Origin: Terriglobia bacterium
GTDB taxonomy: Bacteria; Acidobacteriota; Terriglobia; 20CM-2-55-15
DNA: 64,000 nucleotides
Reading direction: 5' to 3'
NCBI GenBank assembly: GCA_963664115.2
Contig: CAXWPJ010000009.1
Span: 512,001 to 576,000 of the forward strand
The notes below the pieces were generated by a model. It did no database searches and was not told the origin of the DNA. It saw only the letters and a program-made list of their open reading frames with translations. The translations under genes and the position numbers were made by a program. This document shows positions 36,956-46,567 of this stretch, piece after piece; within the stretch, counting starts at the first letter, position 1, and every line of letters starts with the position of its first letter.

Positions 36956-38260
36956 TAGCGCGGCCGGCAGCAGATCCCTGTAGAACGCCGAGATCCGGCT
37001 GAGCGGGGCCACTTCCAACGTCGCCATTCCCAGCGTCGTCCCATCCGGCTGTAGTATGTAAAACTCTGCGGTGGCGTCCCCTTCGGTCGGGTTCACCAAT
37101 GCCAGGGCTGTAAAGAACCCATCCCCTTCGGCCAGTTTCTGGTACACATTCAGCTGGGCGCCTTCGGTCTCTTCCACTCCCGGGACCACCCAAAACGACG
37201 GCGTGTTCGTGTACCCCTGTCCCACATAGCTGGCAATCCGACCCACCAGGGACTCCACCTCAATCCAGCCACTTTCCAGCTCTTCGGTGCCGGCCACACT
37301 GAACAACTCCGCCACCGTTCCCCGCCAGCCCCCATTGGCCGGCAAGGTCACTGTTTTCGGGTTCTCGGCAAACGCCAACACACTGCCGTCATTGCCCCGC
37401 GCGGTCAACGTTACCGTCTGTAGGGTCTCGGCTGTGTTCACCAATCCCACCACCGACACCCAGCCGCCGCCGGTCACAAACTGGTTCAACACCTGCCGCT
37501 CGGCCCCACTGGGCGCCTGTCCCAGGATCACGCCCGACTCCCGCCCCAAATCGCTGCCCGATATCTTGAAGTCGGCGACCAACTCCTGGGCCGCGACCGG
37601 CCGGTCCGCTCCCACCTGAACGTGGGACGCTCCCTCCAGCGCCGCATTCGGGAACAAGCCTTCCAGCGTCTGCCGCAATATAGCTTTCGGCTCCAAAACC
37701 ACATCGGTCACTTCCAGGCTCTCGCCTTCGAACCCGTACAACACCAAGCCCACATTAGCGGCCTCGTCTCCCACGTTCACCACTGTCACTTCCGTCTTCG
37801 TCGACCCATCCTCCGCCGCCAGCGGCAGAACGAAGCGCACGCCCGAAACCGCCGCCAGACCCCCATCCAGGTCTGTTCCTGCCCCATTCCGGTTCAGCCC
37901 GAATCCGGTCAGTCCACGCGTCGCCGATGTCACCCGTACCCAGCCGTTGAAGTCTGCGCTTCCGAACAACTCCACATAGGAAAGGGCTTCCTGGCCCCCC
38001 GCCAGTATCGTCCGCGTCGTCGGGTTCTCCACCCCAACCACCAGACTCCCGTTCGCTTCAAACGCCGCATACGTCACCGTCACCGTCACCGCACTCGGAT
38101 TCACCACCACGAGTTCGGTCGTCACCTGATCACTCGATATCACTCGGGGAAAGTTCAGGACCGATTGGGCTGTCGCTACTGCCGGCGTCAGCAGGGCTGC
38201 CAGCACAGTCAGGGCCAATAGGCGGGTCGGACGGAATCTCATATGCGCCTTGCTTATCAA
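36956..38260 (-). pseudogene. Secreted repeat-domain protein truncated by IS630
   Basis: Signal peptide ending ATA-Q; four FP/LP...T.(L/V)..VN beta repeats; frame enters the IS at 36955. Confidence 0.75.
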
Positions 38261-38575
38261 AATCGACTAAGTGCTTGGAACTGGCAGGTTATCGTCAGGC
38301 CTCGTTTGTGTAAAGCGCATTCTTATCTTATGACGACTATCGCTTAGAGGCGATCGTAGCAGACCCGGCACGGGCAAAACTCACCCCCCGGCGCCACAAT
38401 GGGGAGGCATCCTGCCTTGTACAGGTATTCTCTACAGTGTGGCTCACGCCTCCGTGGTAAAAGAAGGAGTTGGCGCTGCGGCAAATCTGCCGGAAGGGCA
38501 GCCTTACACTCCAGGGGCGAAAGCAGTGATAAGACACAGACACGAAAAACGTTTCCTAATCGGAAAAGAGTGACT

Positions 38576-39091
38576 ATGAGACTACGTCGACTTTTAATCC
38601 TGATTTTTCTCTTCGCGTTTCCTCTGCACGCCGCGACGGTCCTACGTCTGGATTTGGATGGATTGGTATCGACCGCCCAGACCATCGTCGTCGGAAAGGT
38701 CAGGGACTCGGATACCTATTGGAGCGCCGATGGCCGTCTGATACTGACCCGGCATACGATCGAAGTAGCGGAAACCCTTAAGGGCTTTAACGATGAGACT
38801 GTTGAAATAACAACGATCGGCGGGACGATTGGCGATTTAACGCTATATGTTGCCGGAATGCCTGTCTTCGAGCCGGGCGAGGATACGGTTGTGTTCCTAG
38901 AGGCTGCGGGTCCTTACCGGACCGTCGTCGGTTTGGGCCAGGGAAAGTTCACGGTTGCCGACGACTTTGTGTCCAACAGTGTCTCGAGTCTGGAATTTGC
39001 TGACACGAGTCCCGGCCGCGTGACGCGGATGCAGTTCGCTCGATTCAAGAACGCTATCCGAGAACGGCTTGAAACAGGGAACGCGCGTTGA
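38576..39091 (+). CDS. Secreted small beta protein (TIMP/NTR-like pattern) coupled to the matrixin gene
   Basis: Signal peptide; LV..AQTIVVGKV...VAETLKG...GG..G...V.G.PVF..GE..VVFL. Confidence 0.65.
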   Translation: MRLRRLLILIFLFAFPLHAATVLRLDLDGLVSTAQTIVVGKVRDSDTYWSADGRLILTRHTIEVAETLKGFNDETVEITTIGGTIGDLTLYVAGMPVFEPGEDTVVFLEAAGPYRTVVGLGQGKFTVADDFVSNSVSSLEFADTSPGRVTRMQFARFKNAIRERLETGNAR

Positions 39092-42000
39092 GCAAACACT
39101 TCGCGTTGCTGATCCTGATGTTAATTCCCTGGCAATCTCTGTCCGGCTATATACGGATCACGACTTCCCTGGGCGCGACGCCGCGATGGGCCGAAACCGC
39201 AATTCCATACTCCGTCAGCGAGGCCGGGTCACCCCAGATACCGAATGGAAGCGAGTTTGGGGCGGTTGCCGCCGCCTTTGACGCGTGGGAAGGGGTTGCT
39301 GGCACCACGGTCGATTTCGAATTCCAGGGGACGACGCCCATACGCACCGCCGGCCGTGACGGAACGAACCTCGTCACCTTCGTGGATGACAGCGGCATGG
39401 GAGCTCTACTGGGAACGACGACGCTGGCGGCTACGTTTTCGTTCTTCAACAGGGTGGGAGGGGCACTCGTTTTCGAGGAATCCGACATCGCCTTCAATCC
39501 GTCTCACTCTCTCACAACCAGTGGCGAGCCTGACCGATTCGACATCCAGAGTGTTTTGACCCACGAAGTGGGACACCTGCTGGGACTCGATCACAGTGGT
39601 CTGATTTCCTCAGTGATGGCGCCGTTTGCCATTCAGGACCAGACCGATCAGCGGGTGTTGCTCTACGACGATATTGCCGGCGTCATCGAGATTTACCCGG
39701 ACGAGACCGCAACACCGGAGGTCGGCGTGATTCAGGGGACGGTCACCTTGAACGGGGCTGGGGTCTTCGGAGCCCACGTCGTAGCGATGGATTCCAAGGG
39801 AACGGTTATGACGTCCACGATGTCAGCGAGGGACGGCACCTACACCGTTCGATTTCTTCCCGTGGGCAATTACCGCGTGTATGCGGAGCCGCTGGATAAG
39901 CCCGTGTCGTCTCAACACCTTCCCGGTTTTTTCTCCGATCTGAATGTGGACTTTGGAACCACTTACTTTGGGGACACGCGGGTTCTCAGTGACGCCAGCA
40001 CCGTGGCGGCAACCTCCGGGGGGACGACCGGGGGCATTGATATCCATGTCCTGCCGGCGTCGATATCCGACTTCAATCTGACCCGGCCGGTATTCGCTCC
40101 ACGGATCAGTTCAGGAAGCCCGGAGACTCTTCGTGTCGGTGGTGAGAACGTCGTGGCTGGAGTTTCGTTCTCTGTGTCGACCCCTCTTATTCGTTTCGAC
40201 AGCATCAAATTCGGTGGTCGTCTCTCGACAACCGCGCCCACGAGCGCAACGCTGGAAACCGTGATCGATCCGGCCACACCCATCGGCCCCAAGAACGTGA
40301 GCGGGGCCTCGGGCTCTGACACCTCGGTGCTCAGCGGTGGGATCGTCGTTACGAATACTCCCCCTACCAACATCGAGGTGTCTCCATCCTCGGGCTTTTT
40401 TGAAGGCGGAATCCCCGTGACAATCAGAGGCCGGGACTTCCGTCCCGGAATTCGGGTGTTCTTTGCTGGGCTACCGGCAGAAAACGTCGCGTTCCTGAAT
40501 TCCGGCTTGCTCCAGGCAACAGTTCCAGCCAACTCTCCGGGACCGGCCAACCTTCAGTTGTTCAACACCGACGGTACCTCCGGCCTGCTCCTGAACGCCT
40601 TCAGCTATACGGCCCCACCTCCAACGGTTACCGATATCCAGCCCGGGAGCGGTCCTCCCGCAACATTGGTCATCATCGACGGCACTAACTTCGACACGCG
40701 CCCTCAAAACATTGTCGTGCGCTTTAACGGCTCCCGCGCACGAACGCTGAGCTCGACGCGAACCCGGATTGAGACCGTGGTGCCCTTCGGAGCGACTACT
40801 GGCCCGCTGACCGTGTCGGTGTTTGGCGTCGATACCGATGCGGGAACATTTACGGTGACCGCGCCCGAGCCGAGCGAGAATGTCGCGCCTGCCTTTGTGG
40901 AATTTTTGGATGCCTCAGTAGGGGCGGGTGGGACCGCGGCGAACTTTCCAGCTCAACCGCGGAATGGGTGCGAGAACAGTCGTGACGATGGCATCTATTT
41001 TCAGGATTTGCCTTTCAGCTTCAGCCTCTTTACTGACACGTTCATCGGCGGCACACCCGTCTCGATCGCGACCAACGGCTGGATTAGCCTGGACGGGACG
41101 TCCTTCTCCGAATTCCAGAATGCAGGCCTTCCCGCCGAGACCGTCATCCGGCCCAGCGGAGAGGATGGCGTCATTCCGCCGGCGTTGATTGCGCCCTTCT
41201 TTGACGACCTGATTCTCTGTGGAGGCGCTTCGGTCACGACCCGGATTAGGGGAAGCGCGCCGAATCGCAGTTTCGTTATTCAATGGTCGGGGCTATCGAT
41301 TCTGGACGAAGTTGGCGAGAACCTGGATGCCGATCTGACTTTCGAGTTGATCCTCTACGAGGGATCGAATGACGTCCGTTTTGTCTATGGAACTATGGCG
41401 GGCGCCCGGTCGGACGGATCCAGCGCAACCGTCGGAATGCAGAACGTTCGACGGGATCAGGCGGTTCAGGCGGGCTTCGATGAGAGCATTGTTGAATCCG
41501 GCATGGCCCTCACCTATAGGTTCGACGGGGGTGCCTATGTTGAGGAACGGACCGACGCCTCACGGCCAGGAAGACCTGTTGTTTCCGACGGCGGCGCCCG
41601 AACGGCCAGTCTTTCGGAACTTTTAGCGTCGTGGATCGCAGACCGGTTGGAGACCTCGATAGTCGAGTTCGAATACGCAATCGGTACGACGCCCGGTGGT
41701 AGCGATGTGCGTGGGTTCACGGCGGTTCAAAGCAACTCTATCGTTGTGACCGGACTATCGCTTGAAGAAGGCGCAATCTATTACTTTGCCGTGCGTGCGA
41801 AAAACGCGACAGGGCTCGCGAGTGAAGTGGGTGTGTCTGACGGAATCCTCATCGACACCTCCTTCATTCCGTCAACGTCAATTTTTCCCTCCCTACCGCA
41901 TAGCGCGACAAGTTTCGGAGGACTCGCGTTGATCGCCGAGCAGGATACCGACGTCGTACTCCGAGCGCTTGACTCGGACGGGTCCTTAGCGACGGGCTTA

Positions 42001-43044
42001 GGGATTCGGAACCCGACCCTGATCCACCTCCAGGCCGGAGAACAGTGGGTTCAGCTCATACCAGAGCTTTTCGGTCTGCTCTCCTTCACCGGATGGATCG
42101 AGTTGGAAGCGTCCCAAGCCAACCTGAAAGCTTATATGGCGACTGGCGCCAATGACTTCGATCAATTCGACGGCGTCGGGGCCGCGATTCCATCAAACGA
42201 TTTCTTCCTTCTCCACGACGGCGCCACCGGCATCCTCGTCAACCCTGGCACGGAATCGGTCACAGCCACGGTCACCGATCTCGACACAGATACGAGCCAG
42301 TTTTTGGAAATTCCGGCCCGGTCGCAAAGGACGACCCCACTGACGGGTCCGGTACGCATCACCGCGCCGGGAGCGATTGCGGCCGTTGAGCATTTTGGCT
42401 CCGAGCGGAAGTTGGCGATCGGGACAGCGGTTTCGGGCCCACAGTCGACACTGGTATTTCCATTTGCGGCGGTTGGCGGCGGTTTCCGTTCCTGGATCAC
42501 GCTCGTGAACACTTCGAGCAGTCCAGTAGGCGTATCGGTTGCGTTTAGAGGTTTGACGGAGTCCCTCCGGCTTGCCGGCCGGGCATACACACGCTTCCGA
42601 TTGTCCGAATTGTTCCCCATGTCCGCCGGGGTTCCCGAGTCTGGCGTCGTTCGCGTGACAGCTCTCTTCTCTGGGTCCCTCGTAGGAAGTATCGACATCG
42701 AAACAGATACGTCGCTGGTGACACTGGCGGCGGGCCAGGGAAGCACCCAGGTCGTGCTGCCCTATGTCGCCAACGGATATGGATTCTTCACTGGAGTCGC
42801 CGTGACAGCGGGCCGGTTGGGGGCGACAGTCACCGTTGAGGTTCTCTCAGCTTCAGGAAACGTCATTGCAACGGGCACCTTGAACGTTCCGGCGGAGGGC
42901 CACTTGGCAGATTTCCTCCCCAAGTTGATTCCCGGGTTTACAGATCAGATTGGCGGCTACATCCGCTTGCAGTCGGACCGACGGCTATGGGCATGGGAGA
43001 TCTACGGAACTGAGGTCTCCATGGGGTCGGGTCCACCGTTATAG
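39088..43044 (+). CDS. Secreted matrixin (M10) metalloprotease with IPT/TIG, NIDO-like, Fn3-like and C-terminal repeat domains
   Basis: HEVGHLLGLDHS plus Met-turn SSVMAP; GG.PVTIRG.DF and PGSGP....VIIDGTNF; IAPFFDDL; YYFAVRAKN. Confidence 0.9.
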   Translation: MSKHFALLILMLIPWQSLSGYIRITTSLGATPRWAETAIPYSVSEAGSPQIPNGSEFGAVAAAFDAWEGVAGTTVDFEFQGTTPIRTAGRDGTNLVTFVDDSGMGALLGTTTLAATFSFFNRVGGALVFEESDIAFNPSHSLTTSGEPDRFDIQSVLTHEVGHLLGLDHSGLISSVMAPFAIQDQTDQRVLLYDDIAGVIEIYPDETATPEVGVIQGTVTLNGAGVFGAHVVAMDSKGTVMTSTMSARDGTYTVRFLPVGNYRVYAEPLDKPVSSQHLPGFFSDLNVDFGTTYFGDTRVLSDASTVAATSGGTTGGIDIHVLPASISDFNLTRPVFAPRISSGSPETLRVGGENVVAGVSFSVSTPLIRFDSIKFGGRLSTTAPTSATLETVIDPATPIGPKNVSGASGSDTSVLSGGIVVTNTPPTNIEVSPSSGFFEGGIPVTIRGRDFRPGIRVFFAGLPAENVAFLNSGLLQATVPANSPGPANLQLFNTDGTSGLLLNAFSYTAPPPTVTDIQPGSGPPATLVIIDGTNFDTRPQNIVVRFNGSRARTLSSTRTRIETVVPFGATTGPLTVSVFGVDTDAGTFTVTAPEPSENVAPAFVEFLDASVGAGGTAANFPAQPRNGCENSRDDGIYFQDLPFSFSLFTDTFIGGTPVSIATNGWISLDGTSFSEFQNAGLPAETVIRPSGEDGVIPPALIAPFFDDLILCGGASVTTRIRGSAPNRSFVIQWSGLSILDEVGENLDADLTFELILYEGSNDVRFVYGTMAGARSDGSSATVGMQNVRRDQAVQAGFDESIVESGMALTYRFDGGAYVEERTDASRPGRPVVSDGGARTASLSELLASWIADRLETSIVEFEYAIGTTPGGSDVRGFTAVQSNSIVVTGLSLEEGAIYYFAVRAKNATGLASEVGVSDGILIDTSFIPSTSIFPSLPHSATSFGGLALIAEQDTDVVLRALDSDGSLATGLGIRNPTLIHLQAGEQWVQLIPELFGLLSFTGWIELEASQANLKAYMATGANDFDQFDGVGAAIPSNDFFLLHDGATGILVNPGTESVTATVTDLDTDTSQFLEIPARSQRTTPLTGPVRITAPGAIAAVEHFGSERKLAIGTAVSGPQSTLVFPFAAVGGGFRSWITLVNTSSSPVGVSVAFRGLTESLRLAGRAYTRFRLSELFPMSAGVPESGVVRVTALFSGSLVGSIDIETDTSLVTLAAGQGSTQVVLPYVANGYGFFTGVAVTAGRLGATVTVEVLSASGNVIATGTLNVPAEGHLADFLPKLIPGFTDQIGGYIRLQSDRRLWAWEIYGTEVSMGSGPPL

Positions 43045-43243
43045 CTGCTGACGGAATCACGTCCAGAGGATGATCGTATCGTCGTCATCAGCACAGCCCA
43101 AGGCTTTAAATTGAGGGACTTCGAAATAAAATCACACCGGACAAGGTACGGAACGTTCTCGATGGCAAGCTACCTGCTTGACAATCATATACAACTGGAA
43201 GCTATACTTTTTTCAATAAGTTAGCGTTGTTCGAAGGTGTCGT

Positions 43244-46200
43244 GTGGTCAAAATGAACACATTGTTGCGACTTTTGTGCGCATTACTGGCGGTCACGTGT
43301 GTGGCCCTGCCGCTATCGGCCCAGTCTGTGTTCCATTTTCCCCGTGTCGCGGCCGGGGCCGGTTCGGTCACGAATTTGACCATCACGAACCTCTCACCGT
43401 CCCCAGCTGAGGTCGAGTTCGAGCTATTCGCATTGGACGGGCGCTTGGCGCCGTTGGCCATCAACCCCGTGCGCTACCGCATTGAATCAGACAGCGTTCT
43501 GTCGATGAGCACCGACACAATATTCGCGACGTCCGAGGCTGCGGGTTGGATTCGCGTCAGTAGCGAACAGTCAGGGTTAACCGCCCGGCTTCTGACAGGT
43601 GATTTGGTCTCGCGCCTGGAGGGCATTGGGGGCACTTCTCCGATAGGGGACCAACTTGTCGTTGTCCCGATAGATGATCCACTCGTAGTACGTGAGCTGC
43701 GGGTGGTCAATCCTTCGGAAGGTCTCGCTGGGGTCAACGTGACCGTTTTCGATAGCCAGGGGAACGCTATCGGGACAATCCCCGTGGCCTTGGAAGCCCA
43801 TGCCGGCGCCGACCTGAATCTTGCGCCGTTTCCAACTGGGGTGGCCGCACGGATCAGTGCAAGTCGACCCATTTTAGCGCAGGCTGTTCTTAGCGCGAAC
43901 AGTAGTCTAATGTTACTGAATGGCCAGGCCGCGTCTGAACTTGCCGCGCCGTTTCGAGTTGCGCCACACGCCGTAATCGGCAACGGTTTCGAATCAACGC
44001 TTATCTTGTCGAATCCCACCGGACAGTCTATCAACGTGTTTGCTACGTACTTCAGCGAGACAGGCTCCGGGCTTGATCCATCCCAGAGTGCGCCACCCAG
44101 GCAGCGCTTGAGTATTCCTGCAAACGGCAGCGTGTCGGTCGGCGTTGGAGAGCTCACCGGACTCGGGTTCAATCCTCCCTCAAGTGGCTGGATTGAGATC
44201 GAGTCTCCAAATGTTCCGCTGGTGGGTGCACTCGTTGTTTCCGGGGGAACAAATCGGACGGCACATCGACTACAGACTGAGCCACGAGCGGATATGTTGT
44301 ATTCAAACGCGGCTGATTTTGAAGTCGAATCTGTCGAACTGGTGCTGAGCAATTTGGAGTTTGTGGACGCGGAATTGGAGCTTTTGGCTATAGACGAGAA
44401 CGGATTCGTGATCACTACCGCGTCGGCTGTCGTCGGGGGACGTTCCAAGCAGACGTTGCGTGTTAGAGACCTGCTTCCGCGTTTTGATCTGAATCATGCC
44501 GGATTTCTTGCGGTGAAAAGTTCGGCACCGATTTTCAGCGTTGGGGTGCTCACCGGAATAAATTCTAGGGGCCTTGAGGGATTCGAGCCGGAGGTTTTGG
44601 CGGAGCCTTTCGAACCCCTTATCGCTCCGATCCGGCCCAGGATAACGTCCGTCGAGCCACAAGAGGTTCGACCTGGAGACAGCCTGCAAATTTTGACGGG
44701 ACGACTGGATTTGGGGAGTTCGTTGCTGTTTAGCGACGGTGTCATAGACTCTGATCCTTTCGTTGCTTTCGGTATTACTGTCTTCAACATTGAGGTTCCT
44801 TCCCACTCGCCGGGATTCGTCGATATCCGGATTCGTTCCTCGGATGGAACCGAATCCGCGCCCCATACGATCTTAGTGCTTCCATCCGATCAAACGCCCC
44901 TTCGCGAAGTACGCGGTCGAGCCTTTTACGAGAAAATCGACCTCGGACCAGATGGGCTCGATCTGTCGCAACCGGTCATGGTTCCGATTCGTGAAGCACG
45001 AATCGATGTGTTCGACCCATTGACCGGTGAAGTGTTTTCAGTTGGAGGTACCGATCGACATGGGAACTTCCGGGCGGTTCTCCCTTTCGGTTCAGACAGC
45101 ATTTTGCGCGCCTTGAGTCAATCGTCGGATTCTGTCCTCACGGTAGCGGACAACACGCGTGGCGGCGCGATCTACTTCGTAAGCACCGAGATCGATGCTG
45201 AAGTGTCACCCCTGTTGGTCGCGTCGGACGCGACCCGCGCTTCGGGCGCCTTCAATATCCTGGAAGTTGTCCGACAGGGAAACGATTTTCTCCTCGAGAT
45301 CGATCCGGACCTGCGCGTGCCAAACCTGAACGTCTTCTGGAGCCCAAATAATAGAGCGGTGGCGGGTAACATCGAGGCAGGTCAAATCGGTGGTACGTTC
45401 TTCAACGCAGAAACGAATACGGCCTTCATGTTGGGAGACCGCGCGACGGATTCCGATGAGTTTGACGACTCCGTCATTCTCCACGAATATGCACACCTGC
45501 TGGCAACCCAGTTCTCCAGAGACGATTCGCCCGGCGGCGCCCATTTACTGGGCGATGTACTCGATCCGAGAGTGGCCTGGTCGGAGGGATGGGCGAATTT
45601 CTTTTCTGCTTGGGTTCGAGACAATCCGATTTACAGAGATTCTCTTGGCTTTGGTGGGGAGTCGGTTCTGGAGCACAACCTTGAAGACAACGTGATTATC
45701 GGGGACCAACCCGGCTACTGGAGTGAGTTTTCCATCCATTCGATCCTATGGGATCTAGCGGACTCGAGCCCGGACACCGGAGATAATTTCCAGGTTCCAT
45801 TTGATGCTATTTGGGAAGCATTCCTCCAGTTGAGCGATGACAGTTTCGTCTACGTTCCGTCGTTCCTGGATCGTCTGACATCGTTGTTGCCAGCAGAAGC
45901 ATTCGGAATCGAGCAGCTTGCGCGCTTCGGTTCCATCGACTATGTCGCCTCGGCCGAACCTAGCGTGTCGAATCCTTTCCCGCGTTTCGTGCCAGCAACC
46001 GGAGCGGTCACCGGCGAGGTGGATTCGCTTTCAAGAAGGCGTGCCAACCTGGCGCAATCCGCACACCTCTATGTTTTCGATGTGAGTGATGGGGCTGTCT
46101 CCATACGCCTGGACATTACAGGGTTGGGCCCGGGCCAAAATCCAAACGCAAACGATCTGGATCTGTTCTTGTTAGATTCCCAGGGTCGGGTTCTGGCACG

Positions 46201-46444
46201 ATCGGACCGCGGGCTCAACGGGCAATCCGAGCTGATCTCGAGGTCCCTTCCCGCCGGCCGCTATGTTGTTGAGATCCGGAGTTTCTATACTCAGGGAGAG
46301 ACCGGAACGTTCGTCTTTAATTCCGGTTCTTACAACTTGCGGATAGCGGTTCAGTGGGTGACATTCCCAAATGAATCAGGAAGCCGTGTGGTAGGAACCC
46401 AGAGCGCCGCCGTCGATGCCGTCGAGCGCCTTCAGGGTGTCTAG
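43244..46444 (+). CDS. Secreted zinc metallopeptidase (gluzincin-like) with N-terminal repeat domains and C-terminal PPC domain
   Basis: ILHEYAH plus downstream AWSEGWANF; DLDLFLLDSQG...E.I...LPAGRYVVEI. Confidence 0.85.
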   Translation: MVKMNTLLRLLCALLAVTCVALPLSAQSVFHFPRVAAGAGSVTNLTITNLSPSPAEVEFELFALDGRLAPLAINPVRYRIESDSVLSMSTDTIFATSEAAGWIRVSSEQSGLTARLLTGDLVSRLEGIGGTSPIGDQLVVVPIDDPLVVRELRVVNPSEGLAGVNVTVFDSQGNAIGTIPVALEAHAGADLNLAPFPTGVAARISASRPILAQAVLSANSSLMLLNGQAASELAAPFRVAPHAVIGNGFESTLILSNPTGQSINVFATYFSETGSGLDPSQSAPPRQRLSIPANGSVSVGVGELTGLGFNPPSSGWIEIESPNVPLVGALVVSGGTNRTAHRLQTEPRADMLYSNAADFEVESVELVLSNLEFVDAELELLAIDENGFVITTASAVVGGRSKQTLRVRDLLPRFDLNHAGFLAVKSSAPIFSVGVLTGINSRGLEGFEPEVLAEPFEPLIAPIRPRITSVEPQEVRPGDSLQILTGRLDLGSSLLFSDGVIDSDPFVAFGITVFNIEVPSHSPGFVDIRIRSSDGTESAPHTILVLPSDQTPLREVRGRAFYEKIDLGPDGLDLSQPVMVPIREARIDVFDPLTGEVFSVGGTDRHGNFRAVLPFGSDSILRALSQSSDSVLTVADNTRGGAIYFVSTEIDAEVSPLLVASDATRASGAFNILEVVRQGNDFLLEIDPDLRVPNLNVFWSPNNRAVAGNIEAGQIGGTFFNAETNTAFMLGDRATDSDEFDDSVILHEYAHLLATQFSRDDSPGGAHLLGDVLDPRVAWSEGWANFFSAWVRDNPIYRDSLGFGGESVLEHNLEDNVIIGDQPGYWSEFSIHSILWDLADSSPDTGDNFQVPFDAIWEAFLQLSDDSFVYVPSFLDRLTSLLPAEAFGIEQLARFGSIDYVASAEPSVSNPFPRFVPATGAVTGEVDSLSRRRANLAQSAHLYVFDVSDGAVSIRLDITGLGPGQNPNANDLDLFLLDSQGRVLARSDRGLNGQSELISRSLPAGRYVVEIRSFYTQGETGTFVFNSGSYNLRIAVQWVTFPNESGSRVVGTQSAAVDAVERLQGV

Positions 46445-46567
46445 TCTGGGTACCAGCCACTATGAGGCGATGGTAAATGGATATACAATGATTCCGAAAG
46501 CGCTACGGCCTGAACGTTGCGGCAAAGTGGTTTCGCTGAGAATCAACTCAAATTTATGGAGTGAGCC

